IMG/VR virus record: IMGVR_UViG_3300025131_000006
Strand: one strand, 5' to 3'
Source: a virus
DNA: 64,000 nt
Part shown: one piece after another, positions 56,295 to 62,809 of the stretch
How the letters are laid out: each line of letters begins with the position of its first letter
Position numbering within the stretch: position 1 is the stretch's first letter
Notes under the pieces: model-generated
Seen by the model: the letters and a program-made list of their open reading frames with translations, nothing else
The model's database searches: none
What the model was told of the DNA's origin: nothing
Program-made: the position numbers and the translations under genes

Positions 56295-58934
56295 ATGGGT
56301 TGGCGTCCTAAGTTTTCAGAGTTGGCTTTATATAAAGCAGGCGATGGGGATGGAGAGGCATTTAGCTTGGAGGCTCCGTCGCCGGAGGCCAAGCCGAGCG
56401 AGGCACAGCAGCCAGCCAGGCCGCCGACGTCGAAGTTGGCGAACCGCGAGACGCAACCAAGCACAGAGACGGTGGCCCCGCACGAGAACGCATCCAGCCC
56501 GCAGAGCAATTCGCTGTTGCAAGATTATCGGAGGCAGTGGCAAGAGATGGGTTTGGGGCGCCAGACCATCAGCCGTTTGCGCTTCGACGGCATCGAGCAG
56601 ACAAGCCAGGGGGGAGACCCGTCCGAGGTGTGGGCTGATATTCATCGCCGAGCGGAGGGGATGGCCCACGATTACCAGATCCACGATATTGCTTCGAAGC
56701 ATGATTTGGAGATGGAGCACCGCGATCATTTACTCCAGATCGACAGTTCGTTGGAGGGTGCGGGGAAGAATCGGGCCGAGCGTATCCGAGAGTTGCGCTC
56801 TATGGCGGAGGGGATGGCTCAACTACGAGACGGAACAGCGGGTGTCGCGGATTGGGCAAGTGAGTATTTCTCTGGCTCTGAAGATATAGACGTGGATGAG
56901 TTGGACGACGGTCAGTTGGATGTCTTGCGCGGCGAGATGATCGCGATGTCTCGCGGGTACGGTCCAGATTCGGTTCGGATGCTGTTGGAGCAGATGGCGG
57001 AAAGGATGCTCGACAAGAATCGTCATGGGGGAGAGGACGACGAGGATGCAACGGGGTGGGGGAGTGATGGTGATGACGACGAGGAAAAGGTGGACCGGGA
57101 GGAGGCATTACGCCAGAGGTATCCCGACTTGAACCATGCTCAGATGGAACAGTTGCTGTTTATGGAGTTCTCAAGAGAGAGAGATGGGAGCCCGATCGCG
57201 GACAGAGATGCCTTTTTGCAAAACATAGCGGGTACATACAGAAGGTTCAACGAGAGGCAGTCGTGGACACCGACGGAGCGCGGTGAGAGAATTATCTCGG
57301 ATATGATGTCGGAGCATAAGTTCTTGGGAGAGGAGGATGCTCGACGGCTGGCATTGTGGGATGAGAGGTCTAAGCAAGCGGGTCGTTCGGAGCCTTGGCG
57401 GGATAGCCAGATTGCCTCGCGAGCCGAGAAGTTGCACCTTCGGAGTTTTGGTGAAGAGGTTGGGATTGGGGAGGAGGATTTGACTCCCTATGAGTTAGAG
57501 GAGTTGTTTGACGAGTGGGAATTTGTTATTGGGGAAGGGCTTTCGCGAGAGGCAGCGGGACAGCAGGTACGAGAGAGCTTGGAAGCGATTCTTCCTCCGG
57601 AGAGACCGTCTTTTTCAGAGACTCAAGAAGATTGGAGGGATGGGACGGCGGACAGTCGAAGTCGCTTGGGGGCTCCGAATATTCCGCACCATGCTGTGCG
57701 TGAGTACGCCGACAGAGATCATTCGTGGATGCATCCGTTGTTGGTAGATGCGAATAATCCGAGGGATGCGATCAGGCAGTTGGTGCAGAATCCTGTGTTT
57801 GCCAGTCTGGCGACAGTTGGTGGGTTAGAGGCACAGTTGGAGGAGCGCTTTGAGTATGGTTCGTTTCATGCGGAAGGACGCCTCACGTTGGGGGGGAGGA
57901 GTGCAGGAACGATAACACGAGAGATCACGGATGCCGGAGGATATTTGGTTCTGGGAAATGAACTGTTGAAGGTGGAGCCTATTGCCAGGGGGCGGGATTA
58001 TTCGTTGCAGTTTTATGCTCGGCAGGAAGATTTCTTGCGCGGGCTGACGGATCATTGGGATGACGATACCAAGAGGAAGACGAAGGTTTCTATTTCGACG
58101 GCATGGGTCGGCAAGTACCATTGGATGTCGCAAGGGTTCAGGTACTCCTCTCCAGGGGAGAGAAAGGATCATCTTCGAGGAATGATGGTGGCCTTGGATA
58201 GGTTGAGCCGCACGGGTGGGTATCTCGCTACAAGAGATGTGTCTCGTGAAGATGCAGTGAGTGCGGTTGGCCAATCAAAGAGGTTGGGAGATATTGGTTT
58301 TTCGGACAGCGATTTGGCGGGAGTGCGGTCTCAGCTAGAGGAGTGCATCGACACAGAGGCCGAGCCGTGGGACGTCTTAGAGTTGGATGTCGGCCCTGAT
58401 TTCTGGATGGGTGCCAGTGGGTCTGGATCTATTCACACAGCGGTGGCGGGTAATTTGATCAAGCTCTTGGCCTTGGCGGGCCAAGGTTGGTCTGGGGTGA
58501 AGCGGGTGCATGGGATGCGAGAGAAGGATGCGGAGGGTATTGCCTATGCCGACAGGCGTCGGCATGCGGCGGCAGAGCGTGCTCGTGAAGAGGGTCGTTC
58601 TTGGGGGTGGATGGGGCAGCGGGACAAGGCTGAAAAGGGCTTCGTTGTCAAATCAGGACGGGTTCCCGGTTATATGTATCATGATGAGTCTCCTCATAAA
58701 GATAGAGGCTTTCGAGTCCACCAAAGAGAACCGGAGCATATAGATATGAAGAGAAAAGACGATAAGTCCAGGCACAAAGAAGGAAACGACGGTTGGTTTT
58801 GGGAGGACTTGGGCGGCGAGGTAGTCCGGGCCAAAGAGCCAGATGACGGAATCGATCGAATGGTCTCGGATGACGACGCCGCAACAACAGCAGGATTCGG
58901 TGTTGTCAAGAAAGGCGATATGGACATGGACTAG
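56295..58934 (+). CDS. Large putative ejected protein with GNAT-like acetyltransferase domain
   Basis: LLKVEPIARGRDYS...VGKYHWMSQGF GNAT-like pattern; LYKAG, GFVVKSG and GFGVVKKG sites. Confidence 0.6.
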   Translation: MGWRPKFSELALYKAGDGDGEAFSLEAPSPEAKPSEAQQPARPPTSKLANRETQPSTETVAPHENASSPQSNSLLQDYRRQWQEMGLGRQTISRLRFDGIEQTSQGGDPSEVWADIHRRAEGMAHDYQIHDIASKHDLEMEHRDHLLQIDSSLEGAGKNRAERIRELRSMAEGMAQLRDGTAGVADWASEYFSGSEDIDVDELDDGQLDVLRGEMIAMSRGYGPDSVRMLLEQMAERMLDKNRHGGEDDEDATGWGSDGDDDEEKVDREEALRQRYPDLNHAQMEQLLFMEFSRERDGSPIADRDAFLQNIAGTYRRFNERQSWTPTERGERIISDMMSEHKFLGEEDARRLALWDERSKQAGRSEPWRDSQIASRAEKLHLRSFGEEVGIGEEDLTPYELEELFDEWEFVIGEGLSREAAGQQVRESLEAILPPERPSFSETQEDWRDGTADSRSRLGAPNIPHHAVREYADRDHSWMHPLLVDANNPRDAIRQLVQNPVFASLATVGGLEAQLEERFEYGSFHAEGRLTLGGRSAGTITREITDAGGYLVLGNELLKVEPIARGRDYSLQFYARQEDFLRGLTDHWDDDTKRKTKVSISTAWVGKYHWMSQGFRYSSPGERKDHLRGMMVALDRLSRTGGYLATRDVSREDAVSAVGQSKRLGDIGFSDSDLAGVRSQLEECIDTEAEPWDVLELDVGPDFWMGASGSGSIHTAVAGNLIKLLALAGQGWSGVKRVHGMREKDAEGIAYADRRRHAAAERAREEGRSWGWMGQRDKAEKGFVVKSGRVPGYMYHDESPHKDRGFRVHQREPEHIDMKRKDDKSRHKEGNDGWFWEDLGGEVVRAKEPDDGIDRMVSDDDAATTAGFGVVKKGDMDMD

Positions 58935-59019
58935 GGGGCACCGGGGGCAGGTCAATTTTTTTTTGCTCCAAGGTGTCCAAACAATGAACCTCTTTGTGTA
59001 TATGTAAGCGTGACAGATC

Positions 59020-59100
59020 GCCAAGGTGGTGGAATGGCAGACACGCCGGATTCAAAATCCGGTGCCTCACGGCGTGAGGGTTCGAATCCCTCTCTTGGCA
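59020..59100 (+). tRNA. tRNA-Leu(CAA)
   Basis: GCCAAGG/TCTTGGC acceptor; CCGGA-TTCAAAA-TCCGG; long variable arm; TTCGAAT. Confidence 0.92.
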
Positions 59101-59105
59101 TAGTC

Positions 59106-59159
59106 AACACTCGACATTCTCGTGGAACGGGACTGTCCACAGACGGAGTGTCGAGTGTT
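59106..59159 (+). other. Long inter-tRNA hairpin
   Basis: AACACTCGACA / TGTCGAGTGTT inverted repeat. Confidence 0.6.
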
Positions 59160-59180
59160 TCTACTTAGTGTTTCTATTTA

Positions 59181-59253
59181 GGGTGTGTAGCTGAATGGGT
59201 TAGCGGGAGTCTTTAAAACTCTGTCCAAGTGGGTTCAATTCCCACCATGCCCG
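59181..59253 (+). tRNA. tRNA with UUA anticodon (ochre-suppressor type)
   Basis: GGGTGTG/CATGCCC acceptor; GGAGT-CTTTAAA-ACTCT; GTGGG-TTCAATT-CCCAC. Confidence 0.8.
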
Positions 59254-59266
59254 TGAGAGCAATTAT

Positions 59267-59575
59267 GTGGAAGTTATGGCAAAAAACGCAGACGAGTTGA
59301 GTCAAGCTGAAAAGGATCATTTTTACGAATTCTTAGTTGCCCATACGGGTGACTTTCTATGCTCTTGTTGTGGCCGAGATAAATGGCAAATTATGCCTGT
59401 CCGAGCACATCTACCGTCTTTGAATTTCAGGGATGGTGTCGGAACACATATGGTCCCTGTATATATGGTTTATTGTTCGAACTGTGCCAAGTTCGAGACT
59501 TTTCACGCAGCGGTTGTGCGAGAGTGGGAAAGCCAGCTTCCTCCACCAGCAGAGACATCGAACTTGGACGTCTAG
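59267..59575 (+). CDS. Small zinc-ribbon protein
   Basis: CSCCG...CSNC. Confidence 0.6.
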   Translation: MEVMAKNADELSQAEKDHFYEFLVAHTGDFLCSCCGRDKWQIMPVRAHLPSLNFRDGVGTHMVPVYMVYCSNCAKFETFHAAVVREWESQLPPPAETSNLDV

Positions 59576-59627
59576 CGAACGTTTGTGTTAGTGTTGATCT
59601 TTCAAAATAGAATAGAAAACATCTGAT

Positions 59628-59725
59628 GGATGGGTAGCTTATTTGGATAAAGCACTCTGTTTCTTTCAAACCGCCCGTTTCAAGGCCACAGAGAGATGTA
59701 GGTTCGACTCCTGCCCCATTCACCA
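59628..59725 (+). tRNA. tRNA-Arg-like with 29-nt expanded anticodon loop
   Basis: GGATGGG/CCCATTC-A-CCA; D-loop GGATA (A20); CTCTG/CAGAG stem encloses 29 nt. Confidence 0.75.
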
Positions 59726-59735
59726 TTTTATTTTT

Positions 59736-60083
59736 GAGTTTTGCGCTGTGGTTGGAAGACACAGCGGCTTCGCGGGATCGTAATGTTCGCGGGGTCGATA
59801 GAATCGAGGTCGTAAGCTCGATAGATTGGGTGGAGCCGAAAGGTCGTAATTCGTTTAGTTCCGTGGGGAGATGCCGCTCTTTAGAAAATTTACCCTTGGG
59901 AGGGTCATTTTCGAGAGGGACGCATGTTAAGCACCGTTCGCAAACGTAGAGCTTCGGCGATGAGCGAGAACGACTCGCCTCCAACGAGATTGTGGATCTC
60001 TCACGGGTGACCGCGAGAACCAAGTAAGAGCAATCGAGTTGGTTTCAATCTAGGATTGTGGGTTCGAACCCCACCAAAACTCA
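59736..60083 (+). ncRNA. About 350-nt structured RNA with tRNA-like acceptor stem and T-arm
   Basis: GAGTTTTG/CAAAACTC-A; GTGGG-TTCGAAC-CCCAC; many tetraloop hairpins inside. Confidence 0.65.
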
Positions 60084-60112
60084 CTGTTTATCAAGTCGTG
60101 CCCTTAAGTGTT

Positions 60113-60314
60113 GGTGCAGACCGGAGCAAAATGGGAAAAGACTCCGTGCCCTTGAACAATATGCCCTTATTGGGGGTGCGGTGGGGCCTTTTCGAGAGAG
60201 AGGGTTCTTCCGTGCACATGGCCATGGCAGCTTGGCGGGAAACCGAACAAGTGTCTCATATTGTGGGGTGTTCCTAGAAACCGAAACACTCACGTACCTT
60301 GAAAGAGGTGCACC
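60113..60314 (+). ncRNA. About 200-nt structured RNA
   Basis: Closed by GGTGCA/TGCACC; GAAA and GAGA hairpins; abuts the next tRNA-like gene. Confidence 0.45.
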
Positions 60315-60382
60315 GGGATCATAGATCGGGAGATCGCTCGCAGATACGGCGGGAGGTGCAGGTTCGACTCCTGCTGGTTCCA
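60315..60382 (+). tRNA. Atypical tRNA with Ala identity (G3.U70, A73), 4-nt D-loop and non-canonical anticodon loop
   Basis: GGGATCA/TGGTTCC-A; GATC-GGGA-GATC; CTCGC-AGATACG-GCGGG; GCAGG-TTCGACT-CCTGC. Confidence 0.65.
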
Positions 60383-60437
60383 CCCTTCTTGGTGCTTTTA
60401 CTCCTCCTGTTCCTGGGGTGATAACATCGAGAAGCTT

Positions 60438-60508
60438 GCTGCATTCGTCTAGTGGTAAGACGCCACCCTGTCACGGTGGAATCAGGAGTTCGATTCTCCT
60501 ATGTGGCG
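60438..60508 (+). tRNA. tRNA-Asp(GTC)
   Basis: CCACC-CTGTCAC-GGTGG; full cloverleaf. Confidence 0.9.
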
Positions 60509-60513
60509 TGATT

Positions 60514-60586
60514 GCCAACGTAGCTCACTTGGTAGAGCAGTTGATTCGTAATCAACAGGTACGCGGTTCGATCCCGCGCGTTGGCT
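60514..60586 (+). tRNA. tRNA-Thr(CGT)
   Basis: GTTGA-TTCGTAA-TCAAC; full cloverleaf. Confidence 0.92.
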
Positions 60587-60676
60587 CTTTTCTTTCTCGC
60601 ACTGTCGGGTCTGCTGGTGGTTTGTAGGTTATTTCGTCAGTGTCTTCTCGTCTGGTGTGGGAAAGAAATCTTTATG

Positions 60677-60691
60677 GTTCAGTCACTGAAC
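60677..60691. repeat. Dispersed palindrome copy 19 (GTTCAGTCACTGAAC)
   Basis: Just upstream of tRNA-Glu. Confidence 0.9.
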
Positions 60692-60696
60692 TTTTT

Positions 60697-60770
60697 GGCT
60701 CCATCGTCTAACTGGCCAGGATACCGGGCTTTCATCTCGGAAATCATGGGTTCGAGACCCTGTGGAGTCG
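60697..60770 (+). tRNA. tRNA-Glu(TTC)
   Basis: CCGGG-CTTTCAT-CTCGG; GGCTCCA/TGGAGTC. Confidence 0.85.
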
Positions 60771-60878
60771 CTGTTCGGGAGACCGCAAGGTGCGGTAGGG
60801 AGAACAGAAAGCTTGTCTTTCACAATTACAGTTGTCCACTATTCCTGTGGGAGGGTTCCCCGCCTCTCGAATAATTTT

Positions 60879-61064
60879 GCAGAGTTATCCAAATTGGAAA
60901 AGGGAATCCCTGAACAGGGATGGTTCATCGAAGAGATCGCTGATCGACGTGCCTCACTATGGGACAAAAGCGTTGTATTCGACGCATACAAACGGCAGCG
61001 AAATACCGGGGCAATCGTGGACGCACGAGATTGAGCTTTGGGGGTTCGAATCCCTCACTCTGCA
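60879..61064 (+). ncRNA. tRNA-like RNA with about 118-nt structured insert in the variable arm
   Basis: GCAGAGT/ACTCTGC-A; D-loop AAATTGGAAA; ATCCC-TGAACA-GGGAT; GGGGG-TTCGAAT-CCCTC. Confidence 0.65.
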
Positions 61065-61097
61065 TTCTGCATTCCCAAGAGATAGGAGATCCAGGAT

Positions 61098-61358
61098 ATG
61101 AAAGTTTATGTTGTGATGGTGGATGCTTATGGCATTGAAACGACTATCCAAGGCCCGGCTTTTCGCGATCCGGAGAAAGCGATTGAGAATGCTCGCGAGC
61201 TTGTGATGGATCATTGGGATGGAGAGCATGAGAGAGAGGTCCGGAGGGCTGACCCGTCGGAAGAGGAGCGTCTTTCGGCACAGGGATACCCCATCTTCTC
61301 TGAGACCTACAATTATGAGAACGACGCAGTGAAGGTTTTTGCTGTCGAGTTACAGTAA
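61098..61358 (+). CDS. Small hypothetical protein
   Basis: AGGAG RBS; TAATG coupling. Confidence 0.65.
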   Translation: MKVYVVMVDAYGIETTIQGPAFRDPEKAIENARELVMDHWDGEHEREVRRADPSEEERLSAQGYPIFSETYNYENDAVKVFAVELQ

Positions 61359-61615
61359 TGGCCATCGACGACGCTATGTTGTGGCTCAAGGGTCTCACTT
61401 ATTCCCAGCGAGACAAGGTCAAAGATTGGATTAAGGAGACTTTCGGCGGAGGCAGCTTGCCCATTTTAGTCGAGCAAGCATTCTTACACATGCCACCCGA
61501 AGTGATCGGCGGCGTATACCAAGGCATCCCAGAATTTGAAGAGAGAAGCCGGGAGTTCTCGGAGAGAGAGATTCTTCGGTTTAAAGAAGAACACTATCCA
61601 CAAAAAACAAAATAG
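61358..61615 (+). CDS. Small hypothetical protein
   Basis: Coupled ORF. Confidence 0.6.
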   Translation: MAIDDAMLWLKGLTYSQRDKVKDWIKETFGGGSLPILVEQAFLHMPPEVIGGVYQGIPEFEERSREFSEREILRFKEEHYPQKTK

Positions 61616-61634
61616 GAGGAATGGTTTCCAGTGC

Positions 61635-62051
61635 GGGGGTGAACAGGTTTTCGATCATCCAAGTACGCTCATAGATAGCACGCCGAGGATTCAGGTGGCC
61701 TCGTAAAAAACCTGAAAACCAAGCAACTGCCAACAGCAATTACTACGCCGACAAGGTTTGGAGCTTCGGAGTCGCTTGCGACGTCGCTGCACCCTGCCAC
61801 GTTAGCAACCAAGAAGTCGCCCTCTTCGCGTAAGAGGTCGCCCCTGCGTCACCTTTCCTGTGGGTGATGTGGGGAACTAAGCAGGATAGCGGTGGAGCAG
61901 TGGTCATGCCTGCCTGTGAAAAAAGACCGTTCGCCGGGACGTCCTTTTCTCTTTGTGGATGCCCGGATGAACTGAGAGCAAGGAGATAAGCGTGTAGAAG
62001 TCTGGAGTTGTCTTGAGGTGAGACGCGGGTTCGATTCCCGCCACCTCCACC
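61635..62051 (+). ncRNA. ssrA: tmRNA
   Basis: GGGGGTG...TTCGA 5' end, PK1-like region, tag ORF 61729-61833 starting ANSN and ending ALFA*, 3' GCGGG-TTCGATT-CCCGC-CACCTCC-A. Confidence 0.9.
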
Positions 62052-62330
62052 GGCACTGTGAGCGTTGGCTTGCTGTTTGGGTTCAAAGGCTCAGGCAGTG
62101 ACCCACGCTGGAACTTGCGACAAAATTCATTTACTTTGACCCTGAACGTTTTTTTGTTGCGAGGTGTGTCTGAAATATGACCACAGTGCTTGTTACTTGT
62201 GCGGGAACACATGGGTGTTCAAGGGGTCCGAAAGACCCTGGCCTCGTTGCAAGGTCAATACTCGTCGTGAAGAGCGGCGATAGTCCATGTAAGAGCATCG
62301 TGTGCAACCGCGATGTCGTTCCCGCTCCCT

Positions 62331-62400
62331 GTGGGTGTAGCTCAGTTGGTAGAGCGAGGGTCGCTCCCTGTCGGTGGTTCGAATCCACCTGCCCACACCA
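62331..62400 (+). tRNA. tRNA-like gene with shortened anticodon arm (anticodon undetermined)
   Basis: GTGGGTG/TGCCCAC-A-CCA; canonical D and T arms; AGGG-TCGCT-CCCT arm. Confidence 0.7.
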
Positions 62401-62492
62401 TTTGCTATGGAAGATGTTCGCGGGTTGTGTGTGCAGCCCACTTCCGGATATGCTATTCAAAACTTGGGTCTTCGCGAGGAGTAGTTTAGAGG

Positions 62493-62651
62493 ATGAAAGT
62501 TAGTGTCGATAGAGTGAAGAACGCTCTGAATAGATTGGAGATTGTTGCTCTCCGGGAAAGCAAGCGTCGTCGTCGCAAGTGGCTTGTGAGGACGTTTGTT
62601 ATGGGTGTTCTCTTCTTTTTCTTTGTGTTAGTGGTAACTCTTCTCCTGTAG
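62493..62651 (+). CDS. Small membrane protein (52 aa) whose end overlaps the 5' end of tRNA-Asn
   Basis: MKVSVDRV...KRRRRKWLVRTFVMGVLFFFFVLVVTLLL*. Confidence 0.45.
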   Translation: MKVSVDRVKNALNRLEIVALRESKRRRRKWLVRTFVMGVLFFFFVLVVTLLL

Positions 62652-62714
62652 CTCGATTGGCAGAGCGGCGGACTGTTAATCCGTAGGTTGTGGGTTCGAG
62701 TCCCACCAGGAGAG
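62642..62714 (+). tRNA. tRNA-Asn(GTT)
   Basis: GCGGA-CTGTTAA-TCCGT; full cloverleaf. Confidence 0.92.
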
Positions 62715-62809
62715 CAATTGCCCCTTTTGATCTGTTCGTTGGTCGGATTAAAGGGGGCATTTTTGTATATATGGTCAAAGCCTGTTTTGTCTTGAATAGG
62801 AGAGGAGCC

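Noticed and set aside
60036-60083. tRNA-Sec or opal suppressor (TTCAA near an 8-bp acceptor)
   Set aside because: The TTCAA segment pairs better in a long-range helix with 59822-59830, and there is no Sec-type D-arm or variable arm.
4764-60691. Dispersed palindrome as intrinsic terminators or CRISPR repeats
   Set aside because: Stem is weak with a 1-3 nt loop, arms often mismatch, several copies are intragenic, and copies are kilobases apart.
59427-61101. ORFs called over the RNA island (59427..60023, 60058..60324, 60081..60383, 60762..61034)
   Set aside because: They overlap tRNA or structured RNA genes and lack RBS or protein motifs.
62201-62325. Hammerhead ribozyme
   Set aside because: TGAAGAG is not preceded by C, and GAAA lies in the wrong order for the hammerhead core.
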